NCBI GenBank assembly: GCA_030390025.1
Contig: CM059438.1
Coordinates: 88,288,001-88,352,000, forward strand
Length of the DNA stretch: 64,000 nt
Source of the DNA: Squalus acanthias
Lineage: Eukaryota
Reading direction: 5' to 3'
Within the stretch, counting starts at the first letter, position 1. Every line of letters starts with the position of its first letter. Below are positions 11,301-21,627 of this stretch, in pieces. The position numbers and the translations under genes were made by a program. The notes beneath the pieces are model-generated. The model was given only the letters and a program-made list of their open reading frames with translations. It made no database searches and was not told the origin of the DNA.

Positions 11301-13449
11301 TGGAAGTTGTGGACATCTCAGGTTATAGAGGCAGGGGCCACAGGCCAAGTGATACTGTTTGCCACAGGGCCCTCATAGTGCATTCTAACATACTCTAAAT
11401 AGAGTCCCAATAAATGTAGGATAGTTGACCTACCCTTAGCCGATGCGGTTCTTGAGCTGGTCACTAAAAAGTGTGCAGGACTCCGTCTAATTTCTATGTA
11501 GGGAGAAACTGGCCTTTGCTCAACACCTACCCACAGTAGCGTAGTTGAGATCCAAAACACAGCAGAGTTAATGGATCAGAACTGCATTACATCAGTTTTT
11601 GGCATTGTAACTTGATGCTGTTGTAACTTATATTTTTTAAAAGAGGTTTTCAAAGGAATTGTAAGGAAAGCGATAATTAAACTATCTTGAGGTCTGTTTA
11701 TAGTGTAGTAATATTAACTTTTAGTTTTTGCCTGTTAAGTGAGTTTCTGTTAGAAGGATGAAAATGTAATCATAAGACAGGTTTGCTTTATTTTGGAAAA
11801 ATGTAAGTTTTAGCAATGTTTCTGTCTCGGCATCTGTCTTCCTTACTTGTATCTGTGAATTGCCTTGGAACTTTTTTTTACCTTAAAAGCACCATGCAAG
11901 TGCAAGTTGTTTTTTGTTGTGCCCACTGTGGAACTGAGCTTTACATACTTGAAGGATCGAAATACGATCCCTGGCCTGTGCTGTGTTAACTGATCTCAGT
12001 CAGGGCAGTGGTAAGGATTGGCCTCAGAGCTCCCAAGCTTACGAAAGGTAAAAGGAGTTTCGGCTCCTAATGACTTTCCATGACTCTTGCCAGAAAGTGC
12101 ATGTGTGGATATTGGGGTGAGAATAGGACAGGGTCAACTGTGATATCATGGCTATCAAGGATGAGATGGATGTAAAAACATGTATGCAGTCAGGCTACAG
12201 TATATTATCACACAACAAACAATCCAAAGTATTTACTAGCTACCTGTAGAGATCCGACAAATCATGAATACAGAATGAGAATATTTTTCAAAGGCAGAGA
12301 CAAATTGGTAAAGAGAGAAATAATTAGGTAGGAAACAAATATTTTTACTTACTCAAGACAGAATTTTGGACTGCACTTAATCTGAATAGATAGCTTTTCC
12401 AATAAACATCAGAATTTGTCTTTTACAAATTATAAAGATAATAATTTAAGATCATTTAAGATAGCAAAATTAATAATACATGTTCAAACGGTTTCAGAAC
12501 TTTCAACTGAGATCCACCTGAGAAATATTGATAAAGTTCTAACAAATGGTTGGGTTTAGAATTTTTCTATTGATGATGTTGAATTTGGAATTTTTGATTG
12601 TCTTCAATACACCAATTCTTCTACATCCATTCAAACTCTTGACTTCACACAAATTGAAAGGAATGGCTTATCCCGGAGCTGGGCTGTCATCTATCCATTA
12701 AATATATGAATGTCTTGAGTTTAGCACACACCCGTCACACTCCGGATAGCCCACTTCAAAGTGTCACATTTTGTTACATATATAAAACAACCTTAAATGA
12801 GAGAGACAGCCATTTTGTGATGGGTTCTTCTGACCTGAAGCAAGAAATTTACAAGCAGTTACAATCACCCTCATGAGTTTACAAGCAGCTACAATCACGT
12901 GGATTTGCTTATTTGGACCACTTCTCCATGGGGAGTACTTGATCAATGGCCATCAGTGGTCCCAAAAGGACAAGCAAGCTGAACATGATAGCAGTGCTAT
13001 ACACCCAGACTACCTGGGAGCAATGCCATAGGGGATCTGCTATTAATTTAATAAAATACCACAGGCTATTAAAGTATTTATTTGAAATACAACTTTTTAT
13101 AACTGAAAAGCAGATATGAGAAAGTTGCAAACTTTCATTTATTAAATAATTTCCGGCATAAAGATTTGCTGATTGGGCTCCCCAATGGCTCAATGAATAA
13201 ATGTCCCATTAGGTGTACTACTGAGCCACAGAGACAAGGAAGGTTCTAAGTCTGATCCTGAGTCCTTGTTGCTTTAACCAAATCTTAGTCAGAGCAACAA
13301 TAGGGGGTAATACAATTGGGGATTGCTCCCTAAGGATGAGGAAGAAAAAAATTGTTTTAATTCTTGGATATGTATTTATTTTACTCTCCTGTGCCTCATC
13401 ACTCTCCTCAAAGATGCTTATGTCCTCATGGATGGATTTAGACAACTAC

Positions 13450-13630
13450 TGTACTGGGTCAAAATCCTGGAACTCCCTACCTAACAGCACTGTGGGAGTA
13501 CCTTCACCACACGGACTGCAGCGGTTCAAGAAGGCGGCTCACCACCACCTTCTCGAGGGCAATTAGGGATGGGCAATAAATGCTGGCCTTGCCAGCGATG
13601 CCCACATCCCATAAAAAATGAATAAAAAAA
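13450..13630 (+). mobile_element. CR1-like LINE 3' tail; further copies at about 30430-30660 (+), 55245-55520 (-), 58810-58905 (-)
   Basis: Shared sequence ctgggtcaaaatcctggaactccct...gggcaattagggatgggcaataaatgctggccttgccagcgatgcccacatccc. Confidence 0.75.
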
Positions 13631-13639
13631 GAGGTCCAA

Positions 13640-14760
13640 ATTCCCAGACAAGGCAGCTGAAGGACCCCTTGGGCCAGAGGTTGCATCTTCTGCAATTCCA
13701 CTTCCTCCTCACTTGTGCTTATGCTCACTAGATACTTTCATCTGCAACTCACTCCCCTGACATGGAGATATATATATATATCTGTGCTGGTGTTTGCCAC
13801 AGTAGGAGTGCAGGATGTTGGGTGCTGTGTGGCGCTAGGTTGAAGCTGTGCAGTTGGCTGGGCGGCTCTTCCTCTCGGGCACCTGGAAAAGCAGAAAAAG
13901 AACATACTTTACAATGCTTCCAGTAACACACTACTTGAAGCATAGCTACATGTGGCAAGAGATTGCAGTGTGTAACACTGAATTGCTGCAATGTGGGCCC
14001 ATGTTTGAAAGAATGAATGGCAGTATATAAGGAGCTATGCAATAAATAGTAACTGATACTTGCCATGAGCTGGCTGGAGGCCTCCAAATTCATCCCCTCC
14101 TCCCACCCCCCCCATCCCTACTGACTCCACACCCATAATCCTGATGACTTTCTCCTCATAAGGAGTCAAAGGTCGTAGCTTTGGTGAACCCTCTTCCTTC
14201 TGCAAGCACTGCTTTCTGTTACGTGTACTCTGCTCCTGCAAGCAGATATGAAAGGGACAGATGTAAGAAAGAGGATTGTGAAATGAATTGTAACAAAGTG
14301 CCCAGGACAACATCCACCTTATGTGAGTGTGTAAAGACACAGCTGCAAGGAACCCTATGTTGCCATAGTACTGCTTGATTGATCTGTTTAATGGCCAACA
14401 TGGTGATGACAGTGATATGTCAACAGGGACTAGTAAACCAGAAGACTCAGAATATGCCTATGCATTTACAGTAATCAGGAATTGGCAACATGCTCTGATT
14501 TTTCTCTCTCTTTTATGTTGCTCCAAGTTTATAATGAGGACCACATTGGCAAAAACAACCAATTAAGATGTTATCGCATGCATGCTCACTTACCTTGAGA
14601 AACCTTGCCTCCGCCAAATAAGTCTTCCTCACCCCCTCCTAGGGTTGGACGAGAGATCAGGCAACAATGACACTCTCTGTCACCTCCATTCATATTGCTC
14701 TGCCTGTACCGTATAATGCTGGGTAGTCATCTCCGCCTGGGCCTCATGTTACCAGGCAAG
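13640..14760 (-). mobile_element. Possible decayed PIF/Harbinger Myb/SANT-like accessory ORF
   Basis: QEQSTRNRKQCLQKEEGSPKLRPLTPYEEKVIRIMG resembles the 'TGGG.P....LTP.EE.V..IMG' segment of Harbinger Myb-like proteins (from recall); no intact ORF. Confidence 0.4.
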
Positions 14761-15142
14761 GTCAGCATTTTCATGTGCAGGTGGTATCATTGCTGTAAGG
14801 GGACCGTATTACTGGCCTCGTTGTCTGGGCTCACACATGAAGAATGGTCGTTTGAACGAGGAATTGCAGGGTGAGTGATGCCTGTGGATCCATACCCAGT
14901 GAGGAGCCATACCTTCAGCAGAGAAGGGATTGAAGAAAATTGGCAGAAAATGATGAAGATAAATGACTAAAGAACCTTAACACTTGCACATCAGGAAGCT
15001 GCCCCCATTTTTTTCTCCTACCCTCCTCTTCTAAAGACTTTAATTCTTTGCTGTTGTTCAGTTCTAAGGGTGTCCATCTATTGGAGCCTCACCCAAGTGG
15101 TCATTCCTCATATGTGAGCCTTGAGTAGTGAGTGTTGGGAGG

Positions 15143-15293
15143 CAATGTTCCTGCTAAGCTGCGCGGCCAGAGGTCCTGCACTGGCCGCTCACCAGCTTTT
15201 CAATGCAAGAAAATGTGCATGCGCGAAAATTTGACTGGGTCGCGCAGCCAGTTAAAGGGACCGCGCACCAAAAAGAAGTTACAGGGACCATTG
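15143..15293. mobile_element. hAT-type MITE with 8-bp TSD; related copies at about 42370-42507 and 60700-60833
   Basis: Termini CAATGTTCC...GGGACCATTG; perfect direct repeat TTGGGAGG at 15135-15142 and 15294-15301. Confidence 0.85.
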
Positions 15294-15949
15294 TTGGGAG
15301 GCTAATTGACGGCATCGCAATCAAGCCTGATCCTATTTCCATGTAACATCCAATACACTTGCATTTCCAGCATACCGGGGGGAGGAAGAGTGTGCAGGAC
15401 CTGGGGCTTAGGAGGAAAAAGAGGAGAAGCTTCACAGGAGCAATGACCATAGTAACATCAGTAAAATAGAGGGAGACAAGGAAAACTGTGATGGAGGGAG
15501 AAAATAATCAGGTGAGGAAACTTTTTCTTATATCTTTAAAAGACCAGGATCACACATAAAGAACGGCAATTGTGCAGACTACTGGAGCAATGCTGGTGCC
15601 GTTCACATGTACCTCAACACATGTCATCTGTTCGAAGAGAGAAAATTTGTTGAGCGGTACTGTTCAGTTTGGTAAAAGTTAAACAAAAAAAAAATCATGT
15701 GCTCCCACCATTGATGCAATTATGTCAATCTTTATATTTCTGATGCTTGATTGGCTGAAAAGGTGACCTCTGTTTTACCCAATCAGAGGCCATATTTTGC
15801 AAAACATAAAATACTGCAGATGCTGGAAATCTGAGACAAAAAACAAAAATGCTGGAAACACTCAGCAGGTCAGGCAACATATGTAAAGAAAGAAAATTGG
15901 TTAACTTTACAGGTTAAATTATTATTATTATTAATAAATTGTTATTCTT

Positions 15950-16272
15950 TCATAGAATCATAGAATGGTTACAGCACAAAAGGAGGCCATTCGGCCCGTC
16001 GAGCCCGTGCCGGCTCTCTGCAAGAGCACTTCAGCTAGTCCCACTCCCCCGCCCTTTCCCCGTAGCCCTGCAAATTTTTTTCCTTCAGGTACCTATCCAA
16101 TTCCCTTTTGAAAGCCACGATTGAATCTGCCTCCACCACCCTTTCAGGCAGTGCATTCCAGATCATAACCACTCGCTGCGTAAAAAAGTTTTTCCTCATG
16201 TCGCCTTTGGTTCTTCTGCCAATCACCTTAAATCTGTGTCCTCTGGTTCTTGACTTTTCCGCCAATGGGAAC
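15950..16272 (-). mobile_element. Young CR1 LINE 3' fragment
   Basis: SRTRGHRFKVIGRRTKGDMRKNFFTQRVVMIWNALP plus 3' UTR and ttctatgattctatga tail; highly similar to 57190-57513. Confidence 0.9.
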
Positions 16273-17318
16273 AGAAGTGTTCATGACGAAGGGTTATACC
16301 TGAACGATTAACCTTTGCCCTTCCTTTACAAATGCTGCCTGACTTGCTGATAAGTCTTCTCAGCATTTTGGGGTTTCGCCACATTTTGCAAAGCAGATTT
16401 CCACATCCAAAATGGACCGCCGGACTCCAGAGATAGAAGAAAAGAGGTAGGCAGTGTAAAACTCAAAAATATTTGGGGGGGAAATATAACATTAAAAAAT
16501 AGAATAGGGCTTAGAAATAGAATAAAGGAAAGTTAAAGAAAGATAAAATTGAGATGTTAGGAGTAAAGAGAAGTAAAGGAGTAAACTGAAGTAAAGTGTT
16601 TAATTTTTTTTTAATTACTCAATTTTTTAATTCTACTCCTGACATCTGATTAGCTTCATTACCATAATATTAGCGTTTGTTCCAACACTATAGTGTTTGA
16701 GCTGAATTTGTTTTGAAAGCCAGGCGGCGAGCATGAAATTCTCCTCATCTGCCCCAAGTTTATGAGTGCATTTATACTGCAGATACTCAAACCACAGAGC
16801 ACTAGTTGTCGCATTGTTCACGCTAGGGAGTACCTCATTTATAATAGCAAAAATGCTGCCTGGCCTGCGGAGTGTTTCCAGCGTTTTCTGTTGTTACCTC
16901 ATCTATAATGCCTGATTCTAATTGGAGTTCTCCTGCCAAGTGTGCTTAATGGTCTGCACAGAGCTCCCCTCCTGGCTTGTTAAGTTTTAAATGTTTTGAG
17001 AGCAGTGGCGTGAGTCCTTTAACACTTCTTAAACCTGGTGCAATGCTGCACTGGGGTTATACTCCATGCAGTGTCAAACCCAAGTGGTGTAAGAATGCCT
17101 CCTCCAGGGATCTCATGTTATCCGCCCCCCCCCCCCCCCCCTCCCCAGGAGTGAGGTTAGGACCTGAGTCCAGAGTTATACTGCAACTGTAACATCACTG
17201 CAATGACAATAAACATATTAGTGTTAATATCAAAAATCTGAAATGTGTGGTTAAAGTTGGCTGATTACATCGAGAATTATATCTCAAAACCAGACAAAAT
17301 TTTTTGTTCTTTTCTCAT

Positions 17319-17324
17319 TTTATT
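17319..17324 (-). terminator. Candidate polyadenylation signal (AATAAA) of LRRC8D-like gene 1
   Basis: First AATAAA I could find on the minus strand, about 410 nt after the stop at 17732. Confidence 0.35.
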
Positions 17325-17731
17325 AGGATTGTTGTATTTGTTCAAGTGTGATTCTCCAGTATAACCTAAAACGTCACCGGTTGAATTTTGCTTCAGATTT
17401 TCACCAATGGTTAAGTAATGAATCCCAGTTTGTACATTTAGTTCTGCTGGGTTATATACTCTTTCGTATTGGTCCTTCTTAATATGCAGAAAAGGCAAGC
17501 ACCTGAGTATCTTACCATTCGTTGCTTGATAAGGGACAGCCACTGAGCAATATGTCCTGTTAACGCATGATATTGTGGAGTAATCTTTGATTCTTAGCTC
17601 CGTTTGATTGCATGCTAAGACATTGCCAGAATGTGTAGTTGTCGGTTTGGTTAGGGGGGGGTTTAGAAATGTGTTTTCTCTTTTTGGGCCAGTAGGGCAA
17701 AAGAATCTTTGGTTTGATCACATTCCTTATT

Positions 17732-20227
17732 TTATACAAGGTGGTCCAATTCAGGATGTGACATCTTGTTGGGAATTAGGAGTCTGATCTCGGGAGGAGC
17801 CTCGGGGTTGGCATTCATATTTATTCTGATTTGTATAGGAAGTGTCTCGAACAAGTACTCATCCAATACCAGACCACTCTGTTTCAGTTTGCTGCACTGT
17901 GCTATCTCAACTGGGAGTTCTTCCAACGGATTTCCTTTGAGTTCCAGTTTTGAAAGTAGGGCACACTGCTGGATTTTCCCACTAAGGGATGTTAGTAAGT
18001 TATTGTTTAGCTTCAGAGTCTTGAGCTTCTTACACTGGAACAGCTCGTCTGGTAGAACTTCTAACTTATTGGAACTCAAATCTAGGTACTTCAGGTTTCT
18101 GAGGTATCTGACAGCCGTGGGAATCGCAGTCAGACGATTATTGCTCACGTCCAAATGATGTAGCTTCTGGATGTTAAACATACTATTTGGCAAGGTTTCA
18201 ATCTGATTGTTGGATGCATTAAAACGTTCAAGGTTGCCAATGTAACTAAAGGTATCTGGAACGGATTTGATTTTGTTGAAACTAAGATTGAAGGAGGACA
18301 ATCTGCGCAGGCGTTGCAAGCTTTCGATTTCCTCAATTGTGGAAAACTCGTTGCCCTGAAGGTTCAACACTTGCAGGTTGGAGAGGCCGAAGATGCCCTG
18401 CGGAATCTTCTCCAGGTCACAGTTTTGCAGATTAAGACGGGCGAGGTTGACCATGCTGCCCAGATTGTGGAGCATCTCCAGCTTGTTCTTGTTGTTGAAG
18501 ATCGACAGCTCGGTCAAGTGGGGCGCCACGTACAGCACGTTGAACGGGATCTTCACCAGGTTGCTGTTGATCTGGAGGACCTTCAAGTAGCGAAGCTCTT
18601 TTAAGAACTCCATCTCCAACGTTGTACTCTCGGTGTTGACGTTCCCAATCAAGCAAAGCTCTCGCAGTCTGGTCAGCTTACTGACCCACTCGGGCACCTC
18701 CTCGTGATCCGAAAAGGTGACTGACAGTGAGCGCAACTGGTTGCCTAAGAAGAATAACGCGGCTGGTTTGACGGTGACGATGCAGCTGACGATGGAGAGT
18801 TCTTCCAGGTGGACCAGCTGGGTGACCTTGGTGTTTATGTTAATATCGTTGCAAAGCTCCATCTTCAAGACCTGCACCTCTGTCACATCGTAGACGGCCT
18901 CGGGGATGCCTGTCAACATGAAGAGGTGGAGTTCCAACTGCTCCTTATTGTTTCGGATCAGCTGCTGCCTGACCTTGTCCGCCGTCCAGTCGCTGTTCAA
19001 GCTCAGCAGCTTCAGTTTTTTCTCGCTGGCCTCGGACAGGAAGATGGAGAACCGCTTGCAGTACAAGGGGTCGTACTGGTCGATCAGGTGCAGCAGGAAG
19101 GCGAAGTCGTTCTTGACGTTGGGGATGTCGCTGAACTGGGTTTCCCGTTTCTCGAAGGAGTACTGCTTCAGGGGCGTCCTCAGGACCCAGCTGAGGGTGC
19201 GGAAGCAGAGCAGGAGGTAGATGGCCACCAGAGACAGGTAGAGCAGGAGCAGCCGCCTGAGCAAGAAGGCCACACTGAAAGTGCAAATGAAAAGCCCGTA
19301 GCCCGTCACCGATTCTGTGCCGGGTCGACATATAATGTCAAAACCCACCGCTTCCACGAACACGGTGAAATAGCACAAAATCGCGAGGCACTGCAGGGTT
19401 TTAAGGACCAGCTGCCCAACATAGAGTTTGTAGATGGTGTCCTCTTTTTCCACGTGCAGCCTGAATTTCCTCACTTTCTCAAACAAGGCTTTGGCTCGCT
19501 CGCCATCCTTCTTGTCCAGCAGCTCGTACTGCCTCTGCATTACCGGGTTGTCGCGAGTGAAGCCTTTGCTCGGGTCGCTGATGCTATGGGCCACCGTCTT
19601 GAAGGAGGCCGGAATGCTTTTGCGCTTTTCTTGCGCCCTGATGTTCATGTTGCTGCTGGTCTCCGTGACCGCCAGAGAGAGGACATCGGTTGTCCAGGGC
19701 GACTCGAAACACTTCTCTAAGATAAAGATCAAGTGTTCTATCTTGGAGCTGGTCTTGGGATACTTGAACCAGAAGTTGCTGCAGACCATTAAGGCGACGG
19801 TGTGCAGCAGAATGAAATAGGAGAAATATTTGGGAAACCAGGGCACTGCATGGAAATAGCACGCCTGGTTGACATAGCGGTACTGCTGAAGGTCTAAGTT
19901 CGTTTTCCCTCCATAGATGGCATACACCGCATTGACGTGACTGAGTCCAGCGAATTCTGGGTGACCTGATCTACCACGAAGTTGAGTTACATTATGAACC
20001 GCGCTGGTTGAGTTGACTTCAGTGTGTGATCGGTTGCTGGAAGCAGAATCGGCCAGAATTGGCAAACAGACAGTCTTGTCCTTGTATATCTGTGTGGTGC
20101 CTCCAAACACAGCGACCATCAGCATGGTGATCGCTAAATAGTCCATGAAGGCGTCCCACCAGGGCTTAAAGATCCGGAAGGATGGTGGGGATTTACTGAC
20201 TGAAGAAATTTCTTCGAAGGTAAACAT
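17732..20227 (-). CDS. LRRC8 family VRAC subunit, divergent LRRC8D-like paralogue 1 (831 aa, single coding exon)
   Basis: Intact ORF: MFTFEE..RIFKPWWDAFMDYLA, KTNLDLQQY, SNFWFKYPKTSSK, LDKKDGERAKALFEKVRKFR, VKNDFAFLLHLIDQYDPLY, full LRR domain. ATG lies 2 nt after acceptor ctcttcttctgtatttag|GA ATG and aligns without gaps to LRRC8A M1. Confidence 0.94.
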   Translation of the reverse strand: MFTFEEISSVSKSPPSFRIFKPWWDAFMDYLAITMLMVAVFGGTTQIYKDKTVCLPILADSASSNRSHTEVNSTSAVHNVTQLRGRSGHPEFAGLSHVNAVYAIYGGKTNLDLQQYRYVNQACYFHAVPWFPKYFSYFILLHTVALMVCSNFWFKYPKTSSKIEHLIFILEKCFESPWTTDVLSLAVTETSSNMNIRAQEKRKSIPASFKTVAHSISDPSKGFTRDNPVMQRQYELLDKKDGERAKALFEKVRKFRLHVEKEDTIYKLYVGQLVLKTLQCLAILCYFTVFVEAVGFDIICRPGTESVTGYGLFICTFSVAFLLRRLLLLYLSLVAIYLLLCFRTLSWVLRTPLKQYSFEKRETQFSDIPNVKNDFAFLLHLIDQYDPLYCKRFSIFLSEASEKKLKLLSLNSDWTADKVRQQLIRNNKEQLELHLFMLTGIPEAVYDVTEVQVLKMELCNDININTKVTQLVHLEELSIVSCIVTVKPAALFFLGNQLRSLSVTFSDHEEVPEWVSKLTRLRELCLIGNVNTESTTLEMEFLKELRYLKVLQINSNLVKIPFNVLYVAPHLTELSIFNNKNKLEMLHNLGSMVNLARLNLQNCDLEKIPQGIFGLSNLQVLNLQGNEFSTIEEIESLQRLRRLSSFNLSFNKIKSVPDTFSYIGNLERFNASNNQIETLPNSMFNIQKLHHLDVSNNRLTAIPTAVRYLRNLKYLDLSSNKLEVLPDELFQCKKLKTLKLNNNLLTSLSGKIQQCALLSKLELKGNPLEELPVEIAQCSKLKQSGLVLDEYLFETLPIQIRINMNANPEAPPEIRLLIPNKMSHPELDHLV

Positions 20228-20429
20228 TCCTAAATACAGAAGAAGAGCACCATCATTCTTAGGACTCGTTCTCAAATACAGATAGGAAGATTCCCAAAAA
20301 ATGCATGGAGTGGACGAATTGTCACGAACAACAATTGGAACCTTGTTACCCCAATATCTAAAGCAGGCGTTTTTACAGGTTGTGAGTGTTGCCTGCCTAG
20401 CGGTCCCGCACATAGGCTACTACAGCTGA

Positions 20430-21236
20430 CAACAACAACTTGCAGTTATATAGCGCCTTTAACATAGTAAAACGTCCCAAAGTGCTTCACAGGAGCGATA
20501 TTATCAAACAAAATTGGACACCGAGCCACACAAGGCGATTTTAGGACAGGTGACCAAAAGCTTGGTCAAAGAGGTAGGTTTTAAGGCACGTCTTAAAAGG
20601 AGGGGAGACAGTAAGCGGCGGAGAGGTTTAGGGAGGGAATTCCAGAGCGTAGGGCCTAGGCCACTAGAGGCATGGCCACCAATGGTGGATCGATGAATGT
20701 CGGAGATGCTCAAGAGGTCAGAATTGGAGGAGCGCAGAGATCTCAGAGGGTTATCGGGCTGGTGGAGGTTACAGAAATAGGGAGGGGAGAGGTCATGGAG
20801 GGATTTGACATCAAGGATGAGAATTTTAAAGTCAAGGGAGCCAATGTAGGTCAGCAAGCACAGGGATGATGGGTGAACAGGACTTGGTGTGGGTTAGGAC
20901 AGGGGCGGCAGAGTTTTGGATGAGCTCAAGTTTATGGAGGGTGCAAGGTGGGAAGCCGGCCAGGAGAGCATTGGAATAGTCGAGTCTGGAGGTAACAAAG
21001 GCATGGATGAGGGTTTCAGCAGCAGATGAGCTGAGGCAGGGCGGAGATGGGCAATGTTATGGAGGTGGAAGTAGGCGGTATTGGTGATGGAGAGGATATG
21101 GGGTCAGAAGCTCAGCTCAGGGTCAAATAGGACGCCAAGGCTGTGAATGGTCTGATTCAGCCTCAGACAGTGTCCAGCGAGAGTTGATGGCTAGGGCAGC
21201 TTACGGCAGGGTCCGAAGACAATAGCTTCGGTCTTT
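20430..21236 (-). mobile_element. L2-clade LINE 3' fragment
   Basis: KTEAIVFG-type start, DFKILIL..KSLHDLSPPY..LRSLRSS..LWNSLP, tail ggcgctatataactgcaag(ttg)n. Weaker relatives at about 28490-28830 and 50030-50170. Confidence 0.85.
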
Positions 21237-21627
21237 ACGGATAAAAAGTACCAAACCAAAATGCCATTTATTGTGGGGTAGCGAAGATGATAGGATGAGA
21301 TACTGATATCCACCTTAGCGCCTTTGTTTGGAAATGAGTCAGAGTCATTCTTTTTATGCTTAAAGGAAACAAATCTGGGTCCAAATATTTCTAATGGTTC
21401 TTAGATGATCTGCTGAGCAGCAGGCAGATAAAATTGGCCAGACTTGCTGCGCTGGTGACTCCTGTAATGAAATATATGTGTATAGATAGGATCAATCTTG
21501 GCTGTGGTGCCCCCCATGATAGAATGGCCTGCCAATGCTCACTGTTTCAGTTCAGATTTGAAGAATAGCCACTTGGGTGATGCTGTCTGTCTCCATAGAG
21601 CTGTACCCTAGCTTGAGTCAACATCAT

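Noticed and set aside
12455-12545. Minus-strand peptide ELYQYFSGGSQLKVLKPFEHV, faintly like an LRRC8 N-terminus (possible relic of another paralogue)
   Set aside because: Lacks the invariant WWD, has no start or acceptor and no downstream LRRC8 homology; probably chance. A tBLASTn/HMM scan of 10.5-17.7 kb and 20.4-37 kb would settle whether an LRRC8C-like relic exists.
18809-19720. 303-aa antisense ORF and other plus-strand ORFs over the LRRC8 genes
   Set aside because: Expected shadow of GC3-rich, Leu-rich coding sequence; no recognisable protein.
20228-20413. 62-aa N-terminal extension of paralogue 1 in the ORF track
   Set aside because: No homology to LRRC8; a splice acceptor sits 2 nt before the homologous Met; LRRC8 N-termini line the pore and are length-constrained.
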